From positions 70,556,001-70,620,000 of the forward strand of contig OX597818.1 of NCBI GenBank assembly GCA_951406725.2: a DNA stretch of 64,000 nt, read 5' to 3'. Positions 13,775 to 28,174 of the stretch are shown piece after piece (position 1 is the first letter of the stretch; the number at the start of each line of letters is the position of its first letter). Position numbers and translations under genes: made by a program. The notes under the pieces were generated by a model, which did not search any database, was not told the origin of the DNA, and was given only the letters and a program-made list of their open reading frames with translations. Source of the DNA: Octopus vulgaris (Eukaryota).

Positions 13775-15456
13775 AAAAGAGCCCAATTAGGCAGAGAGTT
13801 AGTTTAGATGAGCTGCAGTTTGGGTTTGTGCCAGGGAAAAGCACCACTGATGCTATATTTCTAGTAAGACAGCTGCAGGAGAAATACCTAGCCAAAGATA
13901 AACCTCTGTACCTGGCTTTTGTTGACATTGAGAAAGCCTTTGACAGGGTCCCCCGATCCCTTATCTGGTAGTCAATGTGGAAACTAGGGATAGATGAGTG
14001 GTTAGTGAGAGCCGTACAAGCTATGTACAGGGATGCTGTCAGTAAGGTGAGGGTTGGCAACGAGTTCAATGAAGAATTCTGGGTAGAGGTAGAGATCCAC
14101 CAAGGATTAGTCCTCAGGCCCCTCTTATTCATCACAGTCCTCCAAGCAATAACAGAGGAATTCAAGACAGGATGCCCCTGGGAGCTTTTCTATGCTGATG
14201 ACCTTGCTCTAATTGCTGAGTCACTATCAAAACTAGAGAAGTTTCAGGTGTGGAAGCAAGGATTAGAATCGAAGTGCCTTCGAATCAACCTAGCTAAAAC
14301 CAAAGTCCTAATAAGTAGGAAGGCAGACAAGCCACAAATCCCTTCAGGTAGATGGCCCTGCTCAATCTGTAGAAAAGGCATAGGTAGAAACTCCATAAGA
14401 TGTACCTGATTTAAGCTATGGACACATAAGAGATGCAGCAATATCAAAGGAAGGCTAACTGGGAAGATAGTTTTTTTGTATGTGGTAGATGCTCTGGAGC
14501 AATAAACACTGAGAATGTGTGGAGAACAGCTTCTGTCACATTCCAGGGAGTTAAATTAGAAGTAGTTGATAGCTTCCACTACCTAGGTGACCAAGTCAGT
14601 AGCGGAGGTGGATGCACTGAAAGTGTAGCTGCTAGAATAAGAATAGCCTGGGCAAATTTCAGAGAGCTCCTACCTCTGCTGGTGACAAAGGACCTCTCGC
14701 TCAGAGTAAAAGGTAGACTGTATGACGCATGTGTATGAACAGACATGCTACATGGCAGTGAAACATGGGCTGTGACTGCTGAGGACATGCGTAAGCTTGC
14801 AAGGAATGAAGCCAGTATGCTCCGTTGGATGTGTAATGTCAGTGTGCATTCATGACAGTGTGTAAGCACCCTGAGAGAAAAGTTAGATCTAAGAAGCATC
14901 AGCTGTGGTGTGCAAGAGAGACGACTACACTGGTATGGTCATGTGTCGCATATAGAAGATGGACAGCTGGGTGAAAAAGTGTCACACCCTAGCAGTTGAA
15001 GGAACCTGTGGAGGAGGCAGACCCAGGAAGACATGGGATGAGGTGGTGAAGCATGACCTTCGAATGTTGGGCCTCACCGAGGCGATGACAAGTGACTGAG
15101 ACCTTTGGAAATATGCTGTGCTTGAGAAAACCCAGCAAGCCAAGTGAGACCATAACCATGGCCTATGCTAGTGCAGCATAAGCAACTCATTTAAGAGCAC
15201 CCTTCACTCATTGGGCAAAAAACTGTGCTTGCATAGCCAATGCCAGTACTGCCTGACTGGCTCCCATGCCAGTGGCATGTAAAAAGCACCCATTACACTG
15301 TCAGAGTGGTTAGCATTAGGAAGGGCATCCAGGTGTAGAAACATTGCCAAATTGGATTGGAGCCTGGTGCAGCCATCTGATTCACCAGTCCTCAGTCCAG
15401 CCCATGCCAGCATGGAAAGTGGATGTTAAACGATGACGATGATAATGATGATGATG
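13775..15456 (+). mobile_element. 5'-truncated RTE-clade LINE (RT pseudogene, PHD-like finger, 3' UTR, (GAT)n tail)
   Basis: QFGFVPGKSTTDAIF, AFVDIEKAFDRV, QG..L.PLLF, YADD (14191-14202), YLG, RGRPRKTW; several stops and frameshifts; colinear with 61850-63734. Confidence 0.95.
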
Positions 15457-15501
15457 GTGAAACTAGATAATAACTCTCTGAACTTCATGTGCACATATAT
15501 A

Positions 15502-15534
<33 letters not shown>

Positions 15535-16214
15535 ATGTATAAATATATATATATATATATACTTATACATGTATATATGCATAAATATGATGATGTATAT
15601 GTATATGTGTATGTATAATAAGTATGTATGTATATGTATGTGTGTATATATATACACACACATGGACACACTCATATGCATACGTGCATCCATGCACATG
15701 CCCACACACTTATTCCACCATTGTGCTACGTACGTGAAAAATATCGATGGCTGTGGTTGTGATGTGCAGAACAAACAAACAGCAAAGTTAGCAGAAGAAA
15801 GTGAAACCTGACCAAAGCAAAACAATTTGATGGCATTAGATTTCATGGAATTTAATTAATCTAATGAAATCGTACCAAACTGACATGTAGACTTCAAGTT
15901 TAGCGTTATGAAATTCTGCTAACCTTTAGGAAACAATTTGTTCCACCAAAACTCTTTTACAAGCAATAATCAATAAAAGCAATGGGGGAAAATAATGAAA
16001 ACAAAACAAAAGAAGAGAAAAATCATTAAAAAATAAACCCCATTTGATATGGGATATCAATATATTGATTTATATTTCATTTTCTATGATATATTATTAT
16101 TATATTATTATGGAAACTCTTATCATATAGCATCTTTTTGTACTTAATATTCTTGTTGTTTTTGATCTGTATGGATCTATTTACTTTTGTATATATTTAG
16201 TATTATTTTCTTTA

Positions 16215-16245
<31 letters not shown>

Positions 16246-16424
16246 CATCATCATTAAATTTTTTTTTGTTTTTATCAGTTCTATTTTTTTTTTAAACACT
16301 TCAGTTCTTATTAAAATTTAAATTCATATTTAAAGACAATAGTTGTGATATCATTTTTGCTGCCCTTGCATAAAATTTGAAGACAGCTGAATTGAAAGAA
16401 TGCAAATCTACTACTACTACTACA

Positions 16425-16620
16425 ACATGGTCCAGTGGTTAGGGTGTTGCACTCACAACCAAAAGGTTGTGGTTTCAATTCCTGGACCAGGTGGTGCATT
16501 GTGTCCTTAGTTTTCCCATTGGTCCAGTCCACTCAGCTGTAAACGGATCAGCAGACAAGGGTGAGACGGTGACTCAAGAAAATCACCTGACAGAGGGGGG
16601 GGCGTCTCGGAAGCCATGTT
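16425..16620 (+). mobile_element. tRNA-derived SINE, family D (head and core)
   Basis: A box tggtccagtggtt, B box gtttcaattcc, core ccagtccactcagctgtaaa shared with 33220-33475. Confidence 0.6.
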
Positions 16621-17639
16621 CATATTCAGTAATCGAAACACAACCCACATTTTGAATCCTGAACCCTTGGGATTAGTTTTCTGGGCCACATCAAAAGTTC
16701 ATCATTCCTCATTCACAACTACTTCTACTACTATCAAAAGAAGAAGACACAAATATGCACACACACACATACACACACAACGGATTCCTTTCAGTTTCCA
16801 TTTCCAGCCAAGTCTGCACCAATCTCAGTCCTTTCAGAAACTAGAGATTTCCGTAAAACACGGTATAAAACAATCATAAAAATATGTGTTGCAGGAATTG
16901 AATGTTTTTTTTTATTCTTTTATTATTTTAATGGTGGTATTAGTGTTTAGAATTTGGCCATGCTGCAGCAGTCCCTTCCAGATTTTTAGCTGAATTTGTT
17001 AATCTCAACATTTGGTCATTTGTAGTTATTGGTATAAGGGGAGGTAACTCACTTCTAAATCCAACAAACTATCTGTATTCGACACTTCCCATTACTCCTG
17101 CTTGCACACACACACTTGTATCTCCCTTCCCCTCATTTATCCTGGCCTTGAACAAAAGTGACAACATAGTCACAGCTCTAAAAGAATATCCCACTGCAAC
17201 TAAACATGGTTAAGCAATAATAAAGCATTTTCCATACATTTCGTTTTGGGTTGGGTTTTTTTTTTTTTGGTTTTCAACACCATTTAATTTCTCACAGGCA
17301 AATTGTCAGAATTCTGAAATCTTTATTTCATAATTAATATTTCACTGTGCAATTTAGAATAATTTTTCCATACTTTTGTACGAATTAAGATGAGTTTTAG
17401 ATTGGCATATGTATGTATATAATGTGATATATATATATATATAGGGAAAATTCACAAAAAAAACACAAAAGACGAAGACAGGTGGCATAGGCAACAAAAC
17501 AGATGTATTAGCATAATGCTCAGGGAGTAAAAAAGTCTTTAACGTTTTGAGCCTACGCTCTTCCACAGAAAGGAATACAGAAAGAAACAAGGAGAGAAAA
17601 TTAAGAATGTGTAGTGGCTAGCAATCTATATGTGACTCA

Positions 17640-18115
17640 TTCTGGGGTATGGCAAGTAACCAAATCCTGCTGTCACACATCTGGCCTTCTTCAGCTAGGG
17701 TTTGACTACAGCTTCCAGAAGCTTCATATAGCCATCTGAACTGAGCTTAAGGCCTTGTTCAAAGATGTAGGGTAGCCTAACATCACCTTCACTGGAGACA
17801 CAGCCAAAGACCATCACAGTTTGGGAGAACAGGGTTTTCATGACACACATGACATCACATGGGTTGCAGGCAAACCATCTAATGTTCTGGGTGTTGTGCA
17901 CTTGGTACTGGGAGGAGTTCTTTTCATCTGAGAAGACCCAGATCATTCTTGGTTCAACAAGATGCCTTAACTTATTCAGGATCTTCTTTGCCTTTGTCAG
18001 ACTTTGTCCCTTGCACCTCTTGTACACATGATTGCAAAGGTCTTCATTCAGGGCCAGCTTCACAGTGGTGACTCCAACACTCATTTCTCTCACCAAAGCC
18101 TGGATCTTTCACCAC
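17640..18115 (-). mobile_element. maT-family (DD37D-type) transposase fragment
   Basis: ORF 17695-18096: IWVFSDEKN..Q.Q..N.QN.RW...VMVFGCVSSEGDV..P.IF.QGL, homologous to the 830-1671 and 36201-37424 elements. Confidence 0.85.
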
Positions 18116-18126
18116 CTTGTCCTACA

Positions 18127-18158
<32 letters not shown>

Positions 18159-18257
18159 AATATAATTGAAATTAATATTTCTGAAAATATTTGTTAACAC
18201 AAGAATTATCAAGGCAATCTAAAATTAGTGAAATTCAAATTGAACATATGAAATATT

Positions 18258-18356
18258 TCCATGGATGGAATTTATAAATATTTTAGTGTTTTGCTACATG
18301 TGTTTCCACCAATCACATGTTTTTTATGACCAATATTTATAAATTCCATCCATGGA
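18258..18356. repeat. 99-bp MITE-like inverted repeat
   Basis: Perfect 25-bp inverted arms TCCATGGATGGAATTTATAAATATT (18258-18282 / 18332-18356). Confidence 0.85.
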
Positions 18357-18361
18357 TTATC

Positions 18362-18362
18362 A

Positions 18363-18418
<56 letters not shown>

Positions 18419-18433
18419 CATTACTAATTATTA

Positions 18434-18480
<47 letters not shown>
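18362..18480. repeat. (ATT)n microsatellite
   Basis: Read directly. Confidence 0.95.
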
Positions 18481-19061
18481 GGCTGACTTTGTTGAGTGGA
18501 TTTAGTAAACAGAAACTTTCCATAACCCATTGTGTGTGTTTATGCATGCCTACATGTGAATATTTTCATTCTTTAATTAAATGACTGGCAAATGGTTGGT
18601 GTTCCACACCGTCCTTTCCTTGTCCTTGTCAATACATTGCCCGGAAGCTGTGTAGAATGGTAACTCCCTTGCTTGGGAAAATATAAGGATCAGCAGTAGG
18701 AAGAGCATCCGGCGGCAAAACAATGCTTCAACACTATGTATTCATCTAACCCATGTTGTCGTGGAAAAATGGATGTAAAAATGGGAGAATAGCTGAACTT
18801 ATGACGTTAATATTAATATAAGTGTAAAAGGAATTTCCTCTCTAAACGATGAAGTTAATGATCCAAAAAATTAGGTCCTTATGTTATAACCCCAATTTTA
18901 CAGAGAATAAATCATTTGTTGCGAGGTATTTAACTGGTTCATTGAACAGATTGAAGAAAGAGGAGATAGGTTTATTCAAAGACATTCACTGGATAAACAA
19001 AGATTTTGCCAAATGCAAAGTTTGTGAGAAGATAATCTTTAGACAGAAACAAAGATCTCAC

Positions 19062-19106
<45 letters not shown>

Positions 19107-19430
19107 ATCTATCTATCTATCTATTTATCTATCAACCTATCTCTCTTCAATATAATTGCTATGGATCTATCCATTGTTTCTTTTTAAGGTGCAATTTACA
19201 AAAAAAAATAGAAAGGAACAAAAAGCTAAACAAAGTCAAAAACAAAGTAATTCTTCCTTAAATGATTTTGTTCAACTATTTTATTTATTTTGTACATATT
19301 TATTTATTTTGCCCCCCCTCCCCACCTGTTTGTAATACTTTGGTTGCAATTGCTTTTAGTATTAGCGATCTTAAAAATAATTGAACCAAAATTTCGGGAT
19401 AGAAAAAAAGAAAAAGAACAGATACGTATG

Positions 19431-19471
<41 letters not shown>

Positions 19472-21939
19472 AAGAGAAAATGAAAGAAAATATTAAAAAA
19501 AAATTTATTGATAATTTTATTTTATTTTAATTTTTTTATCAATTAAACTGAATATTTACAATATTTTAGATGAGGGAATTGATTTTAACAGTTGTAGCAA
19601 TGTATTCAATGATTGTGACGGGGGTTTTGCTGTTTGAATTCATTGAACGATTCACAAACACTAATTATAAATTCAAATTTCAAAACATTTAGCTTAAACT
19701 TGGTTTTCTTCCTGTTTTTCTCTTCTTTTTTTTTTTTTGGTGTGTGTGTATGATTTTATTCATTTTTTTTTTCTTTCAATTAAATTCATAATAGCTGGAT
19801 TTTTCTAGACTTTTATAAACTGCAGTGTAATAATTAACCAGAAATTTCCCATTATGATGCATTTCTTTTCTTTCTTTCTTTATTTTTTCATTTGCCAAAA
19901 TTAGTTCTAGAAGGGACAAACAATTTTCAGTTCTTTTTTTTAGTATTTCTTGTGGCTGTTGGGGTTATTATTATTATTATTATTACTATTATTATTATTA
20001 TTTCTCCTGTTATTGGTCTTACTCTCCCCTCTCATAATTTCTTGAGTAGCTTGGTTCCATGCATTGGAATATTTAGAAATAATTGCTAAAAATGATGATA
20101 TTCAGGTAATTTAAATTGAATAATTATTTTGATAGAATTTTTTTTATTTCATGTTAAAAAGATAACAACAAATAATTTAAACATTCCAAAATGGATTGTA
20201 ATTCACAATAATTTCTTAAATATTTTTTTTTAATATTTTCTTATCTTTTCTAAATAAATATTACTATAAATCAAATCTTTAAAATAGTATTTTATGAAAT
20301 TTATAGTGTAGAAAATAAGTTATTAATTTTTTGAGCTGCGTAAACCAATAAGCTATGGAAATTGCCATTGAAATGTAAAGAGGCATTTATTATTAGCAGT
20401 GTTATTAACTGGGTGATGTAGTGAATGAAGATGAGACATAAATTAGGGTTAGGGTATAAAAACTAATGGATCAAGTAATGAGGAATGGCTGAAAGAGAGA
20501 GAGAGAAATGGAGAGGGAGGAGACAGCGTGAGAGAGAGAGACAGAGAATGTGTGTGTTGTTGTAAAACTCTTTTTGTATTGGACTGAAACGAATTTATTT
20601 TCTGTAGTCTTTGTTCCTGGACATAGAATTGGCAGAAACCATATTCTTGGTGAGACACATTCAAGCAATGTGGTGCTAATCTGTGAGTGGTGTGTTTAAT
20701 GTGATATGGTCTGTTGACATACATCACTGCAGCAACCAGCAGCATCCCACCAGCAGCCAGCTGAGCTGATACAGGGATCTTTACAGGGTTGCTTGATCTG
20801 CTAGATATAGCAGTTATATATCTTAAATCAAATTTTACTGTCTTCAAAAACAAGGAAATAGTATAAGTGAATAAACAGATACACATGTAGTCTTAGTACC
20901 ATCTCTGCTTTCTAAGCTTCAGTATTCATGGCTCTCCATACCAAAGACTGGAGACTCAATACTTGTCTTGAAAAAGATACAGCAATGGTTTCTCCATTAT
21001 CTTCTATCAGTTGATTTACAGATTATTCTGCTAGTGCCTTGCTCTCTTGGACTTACCTTTAAGGAATTGGGTCTCTTTAACCCTTAAGAAGTAACTGGTT
21101 CAGGTGACATCAGGGCATATCCACTCACCAGTGAATCTGTGTGATGTATATTTAGGGATCAGCCCTTCTTCCTGTATACCTTAGACAAACAATCATCTGC
21201 TACTATTTGACTCATAACTGGGGCCCTTAACAGGGTCTCCTACTTCGGGTCAGTAGAAACCAGGAGTAGGGTTGAATAAAGAATAACTCAGTATTCTCCA
21301 AACCTACTAAACGCCCAAGCTGGAGTCTCACCACTTGGTGCAGTTTAATATGTTTCCCAAGACAAAATCTTAGATACACTGTTCAAATCAAATATAGGGT
21401 GTTCATATGTGGAATACCCTTAATGTTTGCTTGATCTAAAAAGATCTCAGGTACAATGTTGGAATAAAAGACTTGTTGGTCATAGCTGCCATACCTGTGA
21501 TCATGTGTTCAATCATTGCCAACCTAGGGCTAAATAAGATAATACGCATAACTTGTAATCAGAATCAGAGCTGAAATCCAAGGACAATGCTGCTTAAGAT
21601 TAAGACTTCTATAAAGGTTGTTTCCTCTAACCCAGAGGTGTTAGACTCAGTGAGATTGTTCCTACCTTGATATTCCCATTGGTAGCTTGGAGAGAGTGAA
21701 ATATGTTGGCCACTGACCCAGCGTAACAACAATACAGGTGCCAAGCCGTCTCAGTCTTTGCTCTTCTCTTGGGCAACATCACTGCAGTGAGATGGAGACC
21801 TGTTGTAACAGCAAATACTGGTCTTGTTTACAACCTTGCCAAGGCTTGCATCATCTTTGGATATAGATCTTTTGTCTCTTCAAGAGTGAAGGATGGAGAT
21901 AAGTCATACTTGTGACTAAAACATAAAGTGTATTAAGAC

Positions 21940-22339
21940 AGGCACCCATGCCAACCCCCTCTGCTTGCGAAGACATGTTGGGGCAAGCGAAATCGAAATC
22001 GAAATCGAAACCGAATTGAACCAGCCAGGATCCCTGGTCTGGTGGTACGTAAAAAGCACTATCCGACTCGTGGCCGATGCCAGCACCGCCTCGACTGGCT
22101 TCCATGCCGGTGGCACATAAAATACACCAATCCGACCGTGGCCGTTGCCAGCCTCACCTGGCACCTGTGCAGGTGGCACGTAAAAAGCACCCACTACACT
22201 CACGGAGTGGTTGGCGTTAGGAAGGGCATCCAGCTGTAGAAACATTGCCAGATTAGACTGGAGCCTGGTGCGGTCGAACCGTCCAACCCATGCTAGCATG
22301 GAGAACGGACGTTAAACGATGATGATGATGATGATGATG
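21940..22339 (+). mobile_element. RTE LINE 3' UTR-only copy
   Basis: (GAAATC)n, ~60-bp GGTGGCACGTAAAAAGCAC units, shared tail and (GAT)n end; CpGs largely retained, suggesting a young copy. Confidence 0.9.
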
Positions 22340-23104
22340 AAACTGGACTTGAGAGAAAGGTTGGTTACAAATTAAAAAAGCCTGAATTATAAAGGCCTCA
22401 ACCTTTAATTCAAGAGGTACTGAGGTCCTAACATTCGATTTTTAACAGGATTAAGGGCTGCAAGAAGTTGTATGGTTTTATTATAAAACATGGAAAAGTT
22501 GTCAACAGACTAAGGAAGGCCCAGGGACAATGTAATAAATTCTGACAGAATGAAAGCATGATTGAGACACATCTCTCACAGTAAAATGGGTGAGTGAACA
22601 AAGTTGGGGTGAGGGTGTACCTTTACTGTGAAATGGATTTGAAGAGTTTAAGAAGGTGGAGTAGCATATATGATTGTAGTGAACTGCTGTGTCTTGAGAA
22701 CAATTTTAATGAAGAATAATGAATAATGAATAATGAATAATAATTTAAGAATTAAGCTCATTGAAATATTTAATTCTATTTTATGTACAAATGTTACAAA
22801 TTGTTGCTTTTGTTGTCAACCCTGCCTGAACACACCAATAATCAAAAGCATTCCAGCCATGACCATCATGTCTTGTAAGACTTCAGTGTGTAATATGGAT
22901 AGATATATTCAACCTTTGTTCCAAAAGGGTGTTTCTATATGGTATTTCAATCTAGAAATAGCAGTCAAATCTTCCTCAAACTCATACTCCAGTACTAAAA
23001 GGAGGAAGAATATTTTAGATCATTCATCCCACAAAACGTGCTGTAGTGCTTATGATTTGATATTAAACAATATGTGTGTGTGTGTGTGTATGTGTGTATG
23101 TATG

Positions 23105-23136
<32 letters not shown>

Positions 23137-24707
23137 TGTATGTACGTACGTACGTACGTATTTATGTGTGTGTGTGTGTGCTGAAGTTGTTATATGGCAT
23201 TAGACATATAATATTGTAAACACCAATTAGATTTAGACATATCTGTGTACAAAATAATGTGTTTTTCAATAGATGAGCTGCTGTCTGTCTTTTATCATTG
23301 GTACATTTAAACTATTAGCATAGTTTTCATTCCACATTTCGAAGCTTTCATTTCTTCTTAAATTTAGATTTATATCACTTTCATTCTTCTTCTCCATGAC
23401 ACACACACACACACACACACATATTGATTTTATACACTTACAATTTTGAATATTCTTATTTCTATTTTCTTCCTTTTGTAAAGTTTATTCTCCTGGGGCA
23501 AATATCTTTTATTGCTTGCTTCTTTATTTCATGCCTTTATTTCACACAATATTTTTAAATTGCCTTATTTTATAAACTTTGTGCTTTAGTGAAAAGCAGT
23601 TATTTCTCAACAAAGGTTTATGTCACTATATTCTCCGTCTTCTTCCATAAACCTCTCACTACAAACATATTCTGCCAATAAACTGAACGCCTACAAGACA
23701 TTTTTAATTTATGTATATTTTATGATTTTTTAATCTTTTTATGGCTATATTTTCAATGAAATGCACAACATATAAGCCAAGGGTTCATTTGGTACATCAT
23801 TCTAGGGTCAGACAACCAAGGAAAACTGTGAGCTTATGTGATTGCCCCCGCCCCCACCTAAAAAAAATTTTTTTTAATTAAATAAAATAAAATAAACTCA
23901 CAGTTATTTTGAATGTGAACAGGATGTCCCTAGACAGTTTTCTCTGATGTCCCACATATGTGCTTCAGTCAATTTTGAAAATAATTAAATACTAAAAGGT
24001 ATTTAGTGATAAATTATTTAAGTAATTTTAATAAGCTAATGTTTGGAGCATAACTTTAGCAAAGAGTCTTAAATAAAATTACTTTGGAAAGTTTTAATTT
24101 AAATCTAAAAATTGGTAGAATTCATGGAAGTGTCAAGCAGTTTTGTATTGAAATAATTAAATTGAGCAATAATTTATTTTTTTAGTTAGTATTGATTAGA
24201 AAATAGATTTTAATATTTTTTAAAAACTGATTAAGGACATAAACAGTAGTGACAACAATACAGTGATGAATGCTAACTCAATCAGTAAAATATTGCAGTT
24301 TTATCGTTTTTATTTATTATGATGAATTGATAATATGACAGTAACATAACAAATGTTGGGGGGAGGGCATGAAAGCCACTTCTTAACAATTCTTCATTTT
24401 ATATGTTATTGCTTATTAGTCAAATGCTTGTTATTGCAGTATCACTCTTCAGTCAGATGCCTTTCCTGTTGCTAACCTTTATCAGTTTTTTTTAGGTTAG
24501 GGGTTGTTTATTCTACTTCAAAACCCTAGAACTGAAAGTTGGTTCCATGACAAAGAATGTCAATAAAACTCTTCAATTTTTGCTCATTACTTCTTTGTAA
24601 ACATGTAGATTGCAAATAAAACATGAATCTCCTGGTTGTAAAATTACTTCCTGAAAATCAGTGACTGAAGCATGTATATGAATCAATGACCCTACAGGTC
24701 ACTGATA

Positions 24708-25944
24708 TCAGGTCGTTAAGAATGAAATGTCCAATTTTCTTATACACCAAATTTGACATTCGTTAACTCTAATGTTTCATCCTGACAATTCTTTCACTTT
24801 TCGAAATGCAATTCATGGTCTCTGATTATAATGTGAGGTTTTCTCTTGTAAATCAGTTTTTGTGAACCCAAGGATAAATCAAAAATTTGTGTTGTTTATG
24901 AATATGAGTTTTGCTGTGGGACCAGTGCATCCCAGGCAGCTCAAAACATCAATAAGGTGTTTAGTGAAGATGTGGCAAATGAGTGCACTTTACTTTGATA
25001 GTTTGAGAAGTTCCAGTCTGGTGACTTTACTCTTGAAAATCAACCCCGTGGTAGACCTGAGACCGAGGGGATTAATGATGAGTTGGAAACTGTAGTGGAA
25101 GCGGATACATTTCAAACTAAGCATGAGTTAGCAGCAAGACTTAATATTTCAGTTCCAACTGTATTGGACCATCTGAAACAAATCAGCATAGTAAAGAAGC
25201 TGGACAAGTGAGTACCACACAAACTGAACAAGCATCAAATGACACATCGGCTTGAAACTTGCTATTCTTTGCTGTCATATCATTAAAGCGAACCATTTTT
25301 GCATCATATTGTTACGTGTGATGAAAAATGGCTTCTTTTCAACAATATTAAGCGTTCTGCATAGTTGTTGGATAGAGATGTAGTGCCCAAACACAAAACA
25401 AAAAAGAATATTCAACAAAAAAAGTTAATGGTGTCTGTTTGATGGTCCAGTGCTGGTGTCATCAACTACAGCTTCGTGAGATATGGTAAGTCAATTACAG
25501 CAGATGTATACATCAACCAACTGGATGAAATAATGAGTGAACTTAAAACAACTGAGATTGGTCAAGAGAGACAGGCCAGTTCTCTTGCAAGACAGTGCTC
25601 GACCACATGCACAAAGAACACTACTCAAGTCACAGGAACTGAACTTGGAAATACTCTGTTATCCACCATATTCAACAGACCTTACACCAACTGACTATCA
25701 GGTTTTCCAGGCATTAGACGACTTTTTACAAGGTAAAATCTTTAAATCTGAAGAAAATGCAAAAGCAACCTTTTGCGACTTCATCGCCCCTTGCTCTCCA
25801 GAATTCTTCACTGCCAGCATAAATAAGGTACCAATAAAATGGCAAAATTGTATTGATAATTTAGGTGCATGCTTTGATTAACTGCATTGCTTTTTGTTGA
25901 GATAAAGTGGAATAAACTCGGACATTTTATTCTTAATGACCTGA
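24708..25944 (+). mobile_element. Full-length mariner (DD34D) transposon with inactivated transposase
   Basis: 25-bp TIRs tcaggtcgttaagaatgaaatgtcc / ggacattttattcttaatgacctga (23/25), TA on both sides, 1237 bp. Motifs *VPHKL (WVPHEL), IVTCDEKW, QDSARPH, YPPYSTDLTPTDY; stops and frameshifts. Confidence 0.95.
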
Positions 25945-28174
25945 TACATATACATCCATATATACATACATGCATACATATATGCATACGCACACCATAT
26001 ACATCCATACACACACAAACATATGTACACATTTACATACATACATTCATACACACACACACACACACATACACAACATGTTTCCATATAGTTTCAAAGA
26101 CATTGGTCAGCCCAAGATTACAGCAGGTGTCACATATATTTGGTGTATTAACAAATATGTTGTTATTTCTTGCAAAGAATTCCTCTCAATTGGTGCTTCC
26201 TGTGAAGGTAATAGAAAATGATGATAAGGATGGCAGCAGCAATGATGGTGGTACCTATTTCTATCAAGAATCTTTTTTTTTATGTCATTTTGGAAAATGG
26301 AAGTAAGATGCAATATTATGAGTTATCTTTTATCTAATATTATTTATGACAAAACAGAAAAAGCGAGGTCCAAGTACAGAAAATGCCACAGTCACATTGA
26401 TTTTCATGAAGTAATTTTACAACTAAGGGCTTCAAGTTTTATTTATAACCAAGAATTTTTTTTTTCTAAAAATTCTTTCATCATTACCATTACCATTTTT
26501 TTTTTTTCTTTGTTATCCAGTGTTGTTTATGGCAAGAAATTAGCTTTAAATTCTGAAAGATAAAAAATACCAAAAAATAAATCAATGAAGTATTATTTAT
26601 GAGTGAAAATATATTTTAAATTCTAGCAATGTTTAAACAGAATAAAACATTCTTTCAGTAATAAATTTCATTTTCTTTTAGTGATGTTTTTGGTTAGAAA
26701 TTAGCTTCACATTCAAGAAACAGTGAAGGAAAACAGAAAAAAAAGAAACAACCAAATAATTTGTTGTTCATGATATACACAGTGTGTAAACACACACACA
26801 CCCACACATCCATTTTTAAAACTTTTTTTTGTCATGATTAAAAACAGGTTTTCAGTTCTGGAAATGTCGAAAGTTATTCTAAAATAATCCTTACTTAAGG
26901 ATTTTAATATTGAATGAGCAGAGAGATGTGGATTGGAAAATTGTTGCAGACATGTTGCTGGTTGCAGGAGTACCATATAACAGCATTATAGGCCACAACC
27001 AGGTCAAAGCAATGTACTCAGGTCACCATATACATATGAATTAGTGTGGGGCCTCTAGACCCATGGGATCCACAAGCAGCTGCCCAGAGGGTTCATACCT
27101 GAAAACAATACTACCTGAATTTGGTGACAGAAGAAACATTGAACAATGTAAGAAGGAGCATCATCATGGCCTGATGTTGTTGGTGTCACTGTGGAGATGA
27201 TACGGGATTGAAATGAAGGACATATATACCGTATTGCAGAATCATTCAGCTTATGTTTATCGGGGAAATATCAGTGATGAGTTTGAGTTACTATGTTCAT
27301 GGGGAGATCCTTGGTATTACAGAGAAGTTTCTGTGTAGAGTCTATGGACAAGTTCCAGAAATCACTGACCAGGCAGTGCTAATGGGAGCAAGGTATCATT
27401 ACCAACTGAGAATATATTCTACAGACATGAAAGTGCCATCTGTTGCACTTGCCTGACATTTGTAATGATTGATAAAACCATTCATCATATATTTCTTCAG
27501 TCTCTGAGTATTGTTAACATACAGAGTAAAGGTGAACTGTCGTGAGAGATCTGGCTGTAATCAAAGCCCCTCAAAAGGTTTGCCCTTACCAGACACAGCA
27601 AACAGTTTTCCTCTGTCTGGTGTTTATGGTAAAAAAAAAGTCGGTCACATGATGAATGTGTTTAAAATGATTGAAAGCAGTTCTCAATTTCTGCACCAAA
27701 ACTCTCATCAACATTTTTGAATTCCACTTCAAGTTAAGGCTGAGAGTAAGAAATGAAGTGATGTTCTCAATCAAATTTGATGGAAGATGGATGCAACTAA
27801 GGAAACACTTAAATGTGAGAGCTCATTTCTGTTTTTGTGGAGAAAGGGAGAAAACGTGGTTTTCATGATGGAGATTGCAGTCAGGAGAAGACAAATGTTT
27901 GGAATGCACCGTGGTTGGCATTTTGGTGTTCTCTGAACCCTCTAAAGACAACAGTTCCAATCACTTTAAAATTGTGTCTTTGTTTATATTCATAAAAAAT
28001 TCCAATTCGTTTTTCATATACTATTAATTTTCTATTATATTCTTCCCTTTCATCCATTTTTATTTTGTTTATACAACTTCAGGTTCATTTTGAACCCTTT
28101 TGATATATATATACACCTACATATACATATATATTTGCATGTCAAACAAAGGATTATCATTATGGTAATCATCA

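Noticed and set aside
13340-13800. Twin-priming 5' inversion of a single RTE insertion
   Set aside because: The inverted part duplicates sequence already present downstream in the + copy and is much more diverged, so these are two separate insertions.
18849-19187. 112-aa ORF with a plausible-looking middle
   Set aside because: No recognisable motif, no good donor site, and it runs into a (CT)n microsatellite.
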